A stretch of 63,734 nt of DNA, counting the filler, from Folioceros fuciformis (taxonomy: Eukaryota), in assembly GCA_049999805.1 (NCBI GenBank). It is 5 parts of 5 records of this genome, joined end to end, with 100 filler letters (N's around TTAATTAATTAA, not from the genome) between each part and the next. Parts side by side here need not be neighbours in the genome. Positions count along the whole stretch, not along the records: positions 45,498 to 60,391 come from JBNGIO010006223.1; 4 more parts are not named here. The stretch is one strand, 5' to 3'. The stretch's first letter is position 1. Each line of letters begins with the position of its first letter. The notes under the pieces are model-generated. The model saw only the letters and a program-made list of their open reading frames with translations. It did not search any database and had not been told where the DNA came from. Position numbers and translations under genes: made by a program. Of the stretch, positions 47,504 to 57,979 are shown piece after piece.

Positions 47504-50011
47504 TCAAGGTTGTCTGATTTTCTGCGGCTCCTCGTTTAGCTCGATCCGGTAGCGACCCCAATCGGCACCTAGCTTAAACGAGTAGAAATCTGGCAAATAT
47601 CCGTATTTCTTAATTTCCGGATCCAATTGTTTCAGCGTGGCATAAATACGTTCACTCTCGGGATGCTCGTCATCCCCAACAACGAACCTATGCTCCCGTC
47701 CCCCCAAATCTGTCCAGCAGCTGTATCCTGGTTGCTTCCATGCCCCAAGTTCTTTCCTCCTCTTCTGCATCTTCTCCGCCTCGTCCCACATGTGAACACT
47801 CATGTATATGTTCGACATAGACACAAATGCTGTGGCATCTTTCGGATCGCGCTTTATTGCTTCCATAAAGGCATGGAGTCCAATCTCCACGTTGCTCCAC
47901 TTCTGACACGAACCCAACAGGCTGTGCCAAACAGAATCAAGAGGCGCCACAGGCATTGCTCTAACCACATTTAAGGCCTCGTCAAGATGGCCTGAACGAC
48001 CGAGTAGGTCCACCATGCATGAATAATGCTCGGCGGTGGGCGTGATGCCGTAGTGTTTGCTCAGAGATTCAAAGGACTCCCGCCCCTTGTCCACAAGCCC
48101 CACATGACTGCAGGCTGTCAACACACTGAGGAATGTGATGCCATTCGGCGATATGCCATCGTCTGTCATGCGATGAACCAAGTCAAAGACGACATCACTC
48201 TGTCCTTGCCGGGTGTATCCAGCTATCAGGGCATTCCAAGCGAACACGTCCCTTTTAGGCAATGCATCAAACACCTGCTGTGAATCTAGCATACTCCCAC
48301 ACTTTGCATACATATTTACCAAACTGTTGCAAACAGTTCCATCAGCTTGAAGCCCTCGCTCCTCGATCTGTGCATGTAGATGCCTTCCTGCATGCAAAGC
48401 GGCTGCACTTGCAGATGCTTGCAGGAGGCTCACAAACGTCACCGAATCAGGTTGAGCAATACCTTGTTTTCGCATAGCAGTGTACAGTCGAAGGGCTTCC
48501 TGACCCAAGCCCTGTTGGGAATAGCCTGCTATGATGGAGTTCCAAGTCACAACGTCCTTTTCATCGATTCCGTCAAACACTACCCGAGCGTCCTCTAGGC
48601 TGCCACACCTCGAATACATGGTTATCAAACTGTGGGCTACACAGGCATCAGCCTGAAGACCTTGTTGTCCAATTTGTGCATGAAGCTGCCTTCCCTTCTC
48701 CAAAGCAGGCGTACCAATACTCGCACACGACTGCAAGAGGCAGACAAATGTCGTAGAATTGGGTGGGGTGGTCCCTTCTTCCTGCATAGCGCTGTAGAGA
48801 TCAAGGGCTTCCTCACCCATGCCCTGCTGGGCATATCCTGCTATAATGGCATTCCACGTAGCTACATCTTTTTGATGGATTCCAATAAACACACTCTTGG
48901 CATCCTCCAGGCTGCCACACTTTGCATACATGTTTACCAGGCTGCAAGCTACGTCCAGATCAAGCTCAACTCCGTGCTCACCAATCTGTGTATGAAGGTG
49001 CTTACCCTGCTCCAAAGCAGGAGTGCCCACACTTGCACATGCCTGCAGGAGGCACACAAACGTAACAGAATCTGGGCGCACAGTGGCTTCTTCTTGCATT
49101 GCGTCATGAAGGCAAAGGGCTTCCTGCCCCAAACCCTGCTGAGAGTATCCTGCTAGCATGGCATTCCACGTGACCACATCCTTGCGAGCAAGCCCGTCAA
49201 ACACAGCCCGAGCATCCCGTGCGCTGCCACACTTCGCATACATGTTCACCAGGCTGCACCCTAGATCCACATCAACGGGCAGACCGAGGTCTCCAATCTG
49301 TGCATGAAGCTCCTTCCCCTCGTCCAAAGCCGGGGCTCCCACTTTTGCACAAGCTTGCAGGAGGCACACAAACGTGACAGAATCTGGTGCAGGGATGCCT
49401 TGTTCCTGCATTGCAGTGTAAAAACGGAGGGCTTCGTGACCCATGCCACACTTGGCATACATGTGCACCAAGGAGCTACAAACAAAGACATCAGGCTCAA
49501 TTCCACTGGCCAACAGGTCAGCATGCACCTGCTGCCCCGTTCCCAAATCTGCTCCCCTTGCACAGGCCTGAAGCGCTGCCACAAACACGTGGCCATCTGG
49601 TTTCACACTTCCCCTGCGCATTCGATGATACAATTGGATGGCATGCTGGTCTTGCTCATACCTAACATGCGCAGAAATGATGGACGACCACATAAAGGCA
49701 TCCGGCCTGGAAACCTCTTCGAACACCTTCATGGCATCCTGCAACCTGCCATGCGAAGCATACATCCGCAGGATATGGTTGCACAGGAAGGTGTCTGACT
49801 GGTATCCCTTTCCCACCGTAAACGCATGGACGCGGCGCCCCAGATCCAGGTCCTTGCTAACCACGCATCTGTTGAGAACAGTGTAAAGCACGGATTTGGA
49901 AATATGACAGTCCGTATGCATCAGAAGCCCCAGAACCTCCACCGCCTGATGGACATGCCCCAGTTGACAAAGCTTGGTCACCAGGCCTGCGATGGTCGGG
50001 GTCTGGGTCAT
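47504..50011 (-). CDS. PLS-class PPR protein, E1-E2-E+ with WW-like PG box, no deaminase core
   Basis: About 835 aa open frame of P-L-S triplets, HYSCMVDLLGRSG, and WKQPGYSCWTDLGGREHRFVVGDDEHP..GYLPD. No HxE/CxxC was seen downstream. An upstream exon is possible. Confidence 0.92.
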   Translation of the reverse strand: MTQTPTIAGLVTKLCQLGHVHQAVEVLGLLMHTDCHISKSVLYTVLNRCVVSKDLDLGRRVHAFTVGKGYQSDTFLCNHILRMYASHGRLQDAMKVFEEVSRPDAFMWSSIISAHVRYEQDQHAIQLYHRMRRGSVKPDGHVFVAALQACARGADLGTGQQVHADLLASGIEPDVFVCSSLVHMYAKCGMGHEALRFYTAMQEQGIPAPDSVTFVCLLQACAKVGAPALDEGKELHAQIGDLGLPVDVDLGCSLVNMYAKCGSARDARAVFDGLARKDVVTWNAMLAGYSQQGLGQEALCLHDAMQEEATVRPDSVTFVCLLQACASVGTPALEQGKHLHTQIGEHGVELDLDVACSLVNMYAKCGSLEDAKSVFIGIHQKDVATWNAIIAGYAQQGMGEEALDLYSAMQEEGTTPPNSTTFVCLLQSCASIGTPALEKGRQLHAQIGQQGLQADACVAHSLITMYSRCGSLEDARVVFDGIDEKDVVTWNSIIAGYSQQGLGQEALRLYTAMRKQGIAQPDSVTFVSLLQASASAAALHAGRHLHAQIEERGLQADGTVCNSLVNMYAKCGSMLDSQQVFDALPKRDVFAWNALIAGYTRQGQSDVVFDLVHRMTDDGISPNGITFLSVLTACSHVGLVDKGRESFESLSKHYGITPTAEHYSCMVDLLGRSGHLDEALNVVRAMPVAPLDSVWHSLLGSCQKWSNVEIGLHAFMEAIKRDPKDATAFVSMSNIYMSVHMWDEAEKMQKRRKELGAWKQPGYSCWTDLGGREHRFVVGDDEHPESERIYATLKQLDPEIKKYGYLPDFYSFKLGADWGRYRIELNEEPQKIRQP

Positions 50012-50422
50012 CACGCAAACTCCAGTTACATGTGCAGGTTGGGCAACCCATGTGCTTATCCAGAGCTATCCGGGCCGAAGCCACGAGCCCTTGTGCCAAC
50101 TACAGCCTCGCTGCTGCAAATCAGAGCCCCGGATGCTTCAAGGGAACGACGGCCAAACACCTGAGCTAACGCAGAAACAAGTCTCATTCCAGCTGCCCTA
50201 CACTGCCCCGCCCTGCCCTGCCCTTCCCTGAGCCTGAGCCTGACCCGAAGCTTGCACCACACGATTTGATCTTGTAATTTGATAATCGCAAAATGCGATT
50301 TCATAATTTTTGGCACCGAAGAGAAGAGGAAGGGGCCGGGCCTGACATACGTACTGTCTGTAGTTCACATCACTGTTCTTGGAAGGCCAAGCGTACCGAT
50401 CCAACGTCCCTGGCTGCGGCTC

Positions 50423-50609
50423 AATGCTTTCACTCGTGTGAAATCGTACGGGGCATGACCCGTCCATCCAAGGAACACCGTACGCCTGAGGCCAGCCAGG
50501 GAATGCGTTGCGGCAATACCGTATGTGTGCTGGCTGGCCTCAGGCGTATGGTGTTCCTTGGATGGAGTGGGCATGACATGCCACATAGGATTTCACACTG
50601 TGAAGCATT
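50423..50609 (+). ncRNA. Long fold-back (candidate miRNA/hpRNA precursor, or MITE-like inverted repeat)
   Basis: 37-bp stem, 50463-50499 pairing with 50530-50566 (one G:U). Outer arms continue imperfectly to 50423/50609, and the loop folds with several G:U pairs on the + strand. Confidence 0.5.
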
Positions 50610-51173
50610 CATTGCTTCGGAGATTGAGACGCCGCCGTCGTCCGTCTGGATCACGTGTTTTGGAACGTGTGACACGGGAACTGTAACAGCCCCGTTAGAG
50701 GTGTGCCAAAGGTACAGTAGTACCGAGACGGGAACTGTGGACGAATTGCAGTCATGGTTACTTCTGTCGTGACCCGTGACCTGAGCGGGTTTCGGATGGA
50801 GTTCCCCAGTGCCATTGCGTGCAATGATACGGAGACGTGGGAAGGCGGAGCGTTATTCGTGAAGCGAGCACCGAGAAACTTCCGGTGCACTTTCCTGGAG
50901 TCATCTACAAAAATTGGCAAGGGCATATAACAAGGGGTTCGCATCTGTGCTTCCTGCCTCCCCGGGTTGCTTTTCCTGGCTTAGGTGTGTCCTTGGAGAC
51001 TGCAGTGTGCGAGACATACCTTTGAGCCGGTGCCTGGTGAGTTTGTCACTGGTTCCGCTGCAGCTGCTGCCATTTGGATTCGGGTCTGGATTCACTTCCA
51101 AGCTCAGACTACAGCTCCTGGAGCTCGAATTACAGCCTTCGTAGCCGGGTTGATCAGTGAGGCCGCCGCGAGG

Positions 51174-52234
51174 ATGACGATCAAACTGTACGGATTCCCC
51201 CTCTCCACCGCCAGCTCCCGGGTGTATGTCGTGCTCTACGAACTGGGACTGGAGTTTGAGCTGGTGCCGATCAGAGTGGCCAATGGCGAGCACAAGGATC
51301 CCGAATACATGAAGTTGCAGGTCAGCAAAATCTGTCCACCTCCGAGTAGAATTCTTCTTCTTTTTCTTGCTGCTGTTTTCGAAATCTCGTTGATGGCCGC
51401 GGCAGAAGAGCGTCACATCGCTCCGAATGCAATGCCTGGCCTAACTTGTAGTTTGTGTCCTGAGGCTCAGGTGTGGCATTAGTATTCCCGCAATGTTCTT
51501 GGAAAGTTTGAATAGAATGACTTGAATGTGTGCTCGACTCACTCTGGAGCGTTGTCCCTTGTGCGATTCTTGAAACAGCCTTTCGGACAAATTCCGGTTC
51601 TGCAGGACGGAGATATCCGCATTTTCGGTAAGTCAGTAAATTCAATCTTCCTTCCGCCATCACCTGAGCGAGATGAGATAGGTGAATTCGAGCCTCAGGG
51701 CCCTTGCCCTGTGACGGGCTTAATGATGACACTGCGCCTGTGAATGTCGCTGCAGAGTCGAGAGCTATCATGCGATACTTGGCCGAGCAGTACGCAGAAG
51801 AAGGCAAGTCGTTGCTGGGAGAAACGGTGAAGGAGAAGGCCCTGGTGCAGCAATGGATGGAGGTGGAGGCGCAGAACTACTCCGGGCCCGTGGGCAGCAC
51901 GCTGGTCCAAACAGAGGTCTTCCGCAAGTTCAATCCGCTCATGGTCCCAAACGCGGCCGTCAGGGCACACCACCTTGCCAAGCTTGGCCAAGTCTTGGAC
52001 ATTTACGACGCTCACCTTGCCAAGAACAAGTATCTGGCTGGGGATAACGTGTCTATCGCCGACCTGGTGCACCTTCCCTCCACCACATTTCTGCTCTTCT
52101 GCTGTGAGGAGGCGAAGCAGCTGTACGAGAGCCACAAGCACGTCTCTGCCTGGTTGACGGACCTCAGCTCCCGGCCTTCATGGCAGCGGGTGTCCGCCGA
52201 CATCGCTCCTCACATCAAGAGCCTGACGGAATGA
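51174..52234 (+). CDS. GSTF: Phi-class glutathione S-transferase, 3 exons
   Basis: Exons 51174-51320, 51579-51627 (49 nt, typical of GSTF), 51756-52234. KLYGFPLSTASSRV, GEHK, QPFGQIP, FESRAIMRY, QWMEVE, YLAGD..SIADLVHLP, RPSW. Confidence 0.93.
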
Positions 52235-53806
52235 GCAGATGAGGTTGGTCCAGCGCCTCCCGCATCCCTCGCGGGCCTTCACGTGCTTTCACGCCCCTTG
52301 CCGAACGCCTCTGTTCTGTAAAATGGACTACACTCCTTCGCGAGTCTCTCTGTAATATTAGTGTTTACGAGGCCTGGAGCCAATTCGTCGTCCGTCCAAT
52401 GTTGATGTAAACTTCCATACATATTGCAGTTGTTTTGGAAATTTTCTAGACTGTGAATCGGGAATGGGACGGGAAACGAGACAACCAGCACACGAAGGGG
52501 GAGTTGGTTCTTTGGCCCCAACCTTATGATGGCGACCCCGTTCCCGTGATTCGATTCTAAAAAGCAGCGATTCCGCACAGGAAGCAGAACAAACAGGAAG
52601 GTGGGACGGAACGGGACGGGACCTGGAGGCAGCCAGCTCCTCCTGTGGTGTGATCGATATCGTCCGTGGGAAGGAAGAACGGGGTGGGGCCCGGCAACCG
52701 TCTCTCTCCTCGGCCCTGGGCCTGACCGCTCTTGGTTTCCCCGTCTCTCTCGCACAGGCACAGTGCAGGCGAGGCGAGGCGAGGCGAGGCAGGGTAAGGC
52801 AGGCTCATCTGCACTCCTCAAGGCGAAGCTGTGTGCTTTCGCCGTCTCGACTGCTCGTCGCAGCGTGCCGCTCAGATCGTCCTTTGCCGCGCCTTCTTCC
52901 GCACGGCTTGGCACGCATCCAGCGTCCCGCTTTCTAGCGCCTGCTCCCGCCTTGTCGCCAGCGCGCTGCTCTGCTCTACTCTCCTCGGTTCGGCTCGGCT
53001 CGACTCAGTTCTGCCTTCGCTTCTTGTGCTTCGCGGATCCGGGGCCGCAATCTCCATGTAAGTATCCTGATGCCTCGCGCCCCTGTGGCGCCTGAATTTG
53101 CCCTCTGTCTGCTGCGCTAGCGACTCTGTGGGCTTTCTGTACGTCCTTGCTCTGTCAGTTGTTGGATCCGCGGCGATGCCGGCTGCGCCATCTCTGCTTG
53201 CTGCCCTGCTGCTATGATGTGGATTTGTGTCTGTCACATTGCGCAATTCTCGCGCGTGCCCGTGCCCTAACTATGCCAATTCAGTTCAGGCCAGCTTGGC
53301 GGCTGGTTCCGTGCCGATGTCCGGTGCCGGGATGTGCGTGTTCGCCTTCGTCTGCCTGACCTGCAAGGCTGTGTCGATGCCGAATCGGGAACCTTACAAG
53401 GCTGTGCCACCTTGGAAGGCGTCTGTCTCCAATTGCGATTGATTTGATGTGTCGGGCTAGCTAACTCATGTTGTGTCCGGGAGGTACATCCACTGTGCGG
53501 GAGAGTGGGAAAGGGGTTGTCTCGCTGTTTGAGATGCGGTGAGGAGGGTACACAGTGGGAGTGTAGTTGGATCTGGTGATATTGTATAGGATACTGATGC
53601 TCGTCTCGGCTACGCAACGCAGAACAGTAGTTCCGGGGACTTTAAAGTTCGTCACCACGGCGTGCCACAATAACTCCAAGTGTGAGTACACCTGTTGTTT
53701 GCTGCCCAGTCCGGAGCGGTGTGGCTGCTGGATGTGTGGCTGTGCGTGTGCTGACAGTGATTTGTGGGTTTGCGTGTTGCTTTGGGAGCTGGCAGATCCC
53801 AAGACC

Positions 53807-54139
53807 ATGTCTTGGAAGACAGCCCCGTATGCGACGGTGCGAGATGTGCCCACTTATCAGGAGAGAACGAAAGAGACCATCCCCCCCTGGGACAAGGACC
53901 AAAGCTCACCGGTGAACACGAGGGGGCAGCGCCATTACACAGCTGCACAGATTGCGCCATACGGCAACACCCACAATCAGCCGGCTCCCCGTCGTCTGAC
54001 TGAGTTGGAGAAGATGGTGAGGGCTCCTTATGCCACGTACGATGTGGACTCTGGTAGACAGCATCAGGCGAGGACTCCTACCGCAGTGCCTGTACCCCGC
54101 GACGCTCCCCGCGTGGCTGACTTGGCTGGAGATTCATGA
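53807..54139 (+). CDS. Candidate small orphan protein (110 aa) with APY repeats
   Basis: ATG in accATG context 11 nt after a ggcag acceptor. Contains TAPYAT, IAPYGN, RAPYAT and IPPWD. No recognised family; other exons are possible. Confidence 0.45.
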   Translation: MSWKTAPYATVRDVPTYQERTKETIPPWDKDQSSPVNTRGQRHYTAAQIAPYGNTHNQPAPRRLTELEKMVRAPYATYDVDSGRQHQARTPTAVPVPRDAPRVADLAGDS

Positions 54140-55893
54140 AGCCTGATAGTAGAGGAACAGGACGTTACCGTGTGGTAGTCTTTTCATTTCATACTTCCCC
54201 ACTTGGTTGTACTTTGGGGAATGGACAGTCCCAGTGGCGAGGGAACTCTGTGGCACCCCTTCCCTCATGTATCTACTGCAAGTGTGTCCGCCTGCTGGAG
54301 CTGGTGGCGGTGGAAAACGGGCAACTACGCCTGGGTTGTCCACGCGCACAGGCAAATTGTGTCCATAGCGAGCGAGGAACGTGCACATGGCTTAGCTGTA
54401 CAAACTGGGTGGAGAGAGAGTGGAAAGAAATTCGGTGTGTTTGTAACAATCCTTTCACCTTTGTGCTTCCGTGAGGCATCCGGAGTTGGAGTGATGTCCC
54501 TATCTCGGGGCATCCACCAAATCGGTGCTGGTATCATCACTGCTAGCTGGTGCCTTCCTCGAGTGTCAGTGCGGCCTCTGGTGGGACTGGCTTGATCAGA
54601 GAGGTTCCAAGATTGTGCCAGATTTTGTGTGCTGTATATGTTTGGTGACGATGGAGGAATCTGCAGTGCCAGCCACGTCTGATGCTTGTGAGTATGTTAG
54701 GTGGCAGGGTTTCGTTTGGTAGCAAGTCATGTCGGCTGCGGTGGAGGGGTCCATGGGCTAGGCTTAGGAGCCAAAAGCTCCTAGTGGGCTTTCTTTCTTG
54801 TTATACAACATGCATGGAGTTGCATATCTAAAAGTAGAGTGGAGTAACACAGCAAGGCAGGGGCCTTGTTGGGCTGCATACAAAGTGAGTAGGCTTGTCG
54901 CTTGGGTCCACCACTCTCGTACTCGGGCCGCACAAATTCAGTGATGCTGACTCCATGGAGGGCCCCGTCGCTCCAGGACTCAGGAGCTGTCAACAACATA
55001 CAGAAAATGAATATCCGAAAAGCATACAAGATGTGGAGGTCAGGTCAGACAGGAGTCTTAGGCGTCGGAGCGAGAACTTGACCCAATTGCATTGCGCAGG
55101 CGAAAAGTATGAATCCTTCCAGCTCCCTCGTTGTCACATACTGCCCNNNNNNNNNNNNNNNNNNNNNNNNNNNNNNNNNNNNNNNNNNNNNNNNNNNNNN
55201 NNNNNNNNNNNNNNNNNNNNNNNNNNNNNNNNNNNNNNNNNNNNNNTGTGGACGGGGGGGGGAACCGAGGGGCAGGAGACGGAGACGGAGACGGAGGCGT
55301 TGGACCGAGAGCTTGACCCAAAATTTCATTCCGCACCCAATCACAAAAGCCAGTAAACCCTGCCTCCTCTCTTGCTTTCCCTCAAGCCCAAGTGTGTGAA
55401 GGCCATCTAATGTAGCCTGTCAAAGTGTGGTTAACACCTTCAAAATGCTCCAAATCGGTCGCTGCCCCGCACTGAGCACCAAGACGAGAATCTTGTGTCT
55501 TTCGTAGACGTCAAGGCACAGTACACGGTGTGATGAAAGTGAGCCGGACTGTCAGCCGGTTCTGAAAAGACAGTCGCCCTTGTCGTCCAGGTCTTTGGAC
55601 CGACGCTTCATCCGTACGCCTTGTGGACTTCCGTGGCCTGAGGTGAATGCATATATATGTATTCCAGTTAGCGACGAGCTCAGTCGGGGCAATCGATATC
55701 GTTCCTGGGCTGGCTCGAAAGTGAGAAGCATTCGTCCGTCGACGTCCCCTTGGCTGCCCAGCTCGCCCTGAGCCTCTCAGATTTGGGTGATATCTCTCAG
55801 CCACCCGCTAGCTGCACCGTTTAGTGCTGGGCTCGTTGGGTTGGGTTGGGTTGGGTTGCGTCGGGTCGGGTCGGGTCGGATTGGTTGTCGCTG

Positions 55894-56978
55894 ATGGCAC
55901 CCTCCACTCCCACCTCCGACCTCCACGGTACTGCTAGCAGCAGCTCCATCACATTGTATGGCATGTGGCTGTCTGCACCAACCATGAAAGTTGCCCTCGC
56001 CCTGATGGAGCAGAACGTGGATTTCCAGTTTCGTACAGTACAGATTCTCAAAGGAGAGCACAAGCGAGCCGACTACCTGGCCAAGAATGTGCGCTGCTAA
56101 CTCAATTCCCCTGCTGTGAAACAGTTCCGTGAAATGTCAAAAAGTGTTTAATCCTGCAACATTCTCTCGTTCGTGCTGATGCGTAAGGCTTGTGAAAATT
56201 TGGCAGCCCTTTGGACAAATCCCTTGCTTGGAGGATGGCGACATCACGCTGTGGGGTACGCTGCCACTGCCGTATCCTTCGTTGTTGCACTTAACGCTTT
56301 CGTCTTGGCGTGCCTCCACATTTTGATGACACTCGTTGCTTGGTGGCGTTGTCAAGTCTCATGATTTTTTTGGCAGTAGAATTGCTCGCTGTGAGGCTTA
56401 CCGATACCACTGTGGATGGGACTTGTGTGGCAGAGTCTGGGGCGATCATCCGCTACATTGTGGACAGGTATCCCGCACAAGGACCAGGCCTGTACGGGAG
56501 AAACGAGAAGGAGAGGGCGCTCGTGGAGCAATGGCTGGAAGTGTGCGGGCAGAATTTCCTCCCAAATGTGGTAGAAGTGGTGCGGCAGGAAGCCTTCCAC
56601 TTCGTGTATCCTCGGAACGACCCTGTGCTGCAGCAGAGCTTGGAGAGGCTGGGCGCCACCCTGGACGTTTACGAGCGCAGGCTGGAAGTGAGCAAGTACC
56701 TGGCAGGGGACTTCTTCTCCTTGGCCGACCTGTCGCACATCTCCTACACGCACCACATGGTTGAGCACTCGGCAGCAGGAGCAGAGCTCATCAGCAGTCG
56801 CAAGCATGTGAAAGCCTGGTGGCAGGACATCACTTCTCGACCCGCCTGGAGCACGATCCGAGACAAGTGTCCAGCGGAGTTCGATGGCCTCGCCCGACTC
56901 TTAAAGGAGCTCAATCTTCACACCCATGGTTCATCCTCCTCTTCGTGCCAGGAGTCGCAGCAGCAGCACCAACACCAA

Positions 56979-57012
<34 letters not shown>

Positions 57013-57074
57013 TGGAGCTGGAGCTGGAGCTGGAGCTGGAGCATGAGCAGGTGCAGGTGGTGACCCAGAATTAG
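55894..57074 (+). CDS. GSTF: Phi-class glutathione S-transferase with low-complexity C-terminal extension, 3 exons
   Basis: Exons 55894-56088, 56207-56255 (49 nt), 56434-57074. TLYGMWLSAPTMKV, KGEHK, NPFGQIP, WESGAIIRY, QWLEV, YLAGDFFSLADLSH, RPAW. Confidence 0.92.
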
Positions 57075-57707
57075 GAACGTTGCTTGCTGCTGCAATGCGT
57101 CCTGTTGTTGCCCAGGCTGTAATAGACTAACCTAGGGGGCTTGGGGCTCGCAAGGCATACTGTTTGCTACAGTTTTCGTGTTTACTTGTTTTAGTGGTTT
57201 ACTGCTACGATGGTTTCATCTTGTTGGCCTGGATGTAACATTCACCTTCACACAAGACAAGGGTTTTCAACCTCGTAGCTCACATCTCATCCTCAAATAA
57301 ACTCGCTGCTCATCGTCCCGCTTGTGCGCACAAACGGGATAGGGGAAGGGATAAACAGGTGACGCGAGTGCATTGTTCATAAGGTTAGTGGCATTTAAGG
57401 TAGCGCTTACTTAAACCAACCGACTATCAAACGCCGGAAGTTGTGGGCAATTAGCAATTACTCCTATGCGGTCCCCGAGATTCGACCTTCGTCCGAACCA
57501 TTAGCTGACTCACTTGATAATCTCCCCTGAACAAATTTGTCTACTTCACGCGCTAACGTACATGTTGCACCAGAAGTCGGGGGCTGCACTTAACCTGGAA
57601 CCTGGATCAAACCTAGCAAAGCTTGGTGCATGTGCAAGGAACTGCGATGTCCTTAAAGCATGATATGAGGGTTCAACCCCAGGAATCACAGCAAAACCAT
57701 CAGCTGT

Positions 57708-57968
57708 GTGGATGTCTCCCTGTCAGCTATTACATCCAACAGGATCGGAGAAGACGAGAAGAATGTGAAGGCCGTCTTCACACTTGCGCCGAAGGTGGCG
57801 CCCCCTGTAACCTTTGTTGACGAGGTTGACACCAGCATGTCAGGCCAACTATCCAGAGTCGGCGAGCACGAAACAATGCGGCAACCCTAAACCCAGAACT
57901 AGTTCTTGGCACACTGGGATGGTCTTTTGATACGAGGCAGTGATCGTGTGCTTGTTCTCGCTGCTACA
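57708..57968 (+). pseudogene. Intronless AAA-ATPase (MSP1/spastin-like plant family) fragment
   Basis: VSLSAITSNRIGEDEKNVKAVFTLAPKVAPPVTFVDEVD...VGEHETMR, then disrupted, then FLAHWDGLL...DRVLVLAAT (Walker B and sensor 1). Confidence 0.8.
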
Positions 57969-57979
57969 TATGGGCCTAT

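Noticed and set aside
50558-50578. Hairpin arm ttggatggagtgggcatgaca resembles NLR P-loop codons (MGGVGKT), i.e. a miR482/2118-like target site
   Set aside because: Short match with several mismatches. The guide would have to come from the minus strand, while the G:U pattern favours the plus-strand fold. Not supportable without small-RNA data.
52279-53450. Several overlapping GC-rich ORFs between the GSTs
   Set aside because: No domains; simple repeats (gaggc, ctcgg) and high GC explain the open frames. More likely promoter, 5' UTR and intron.
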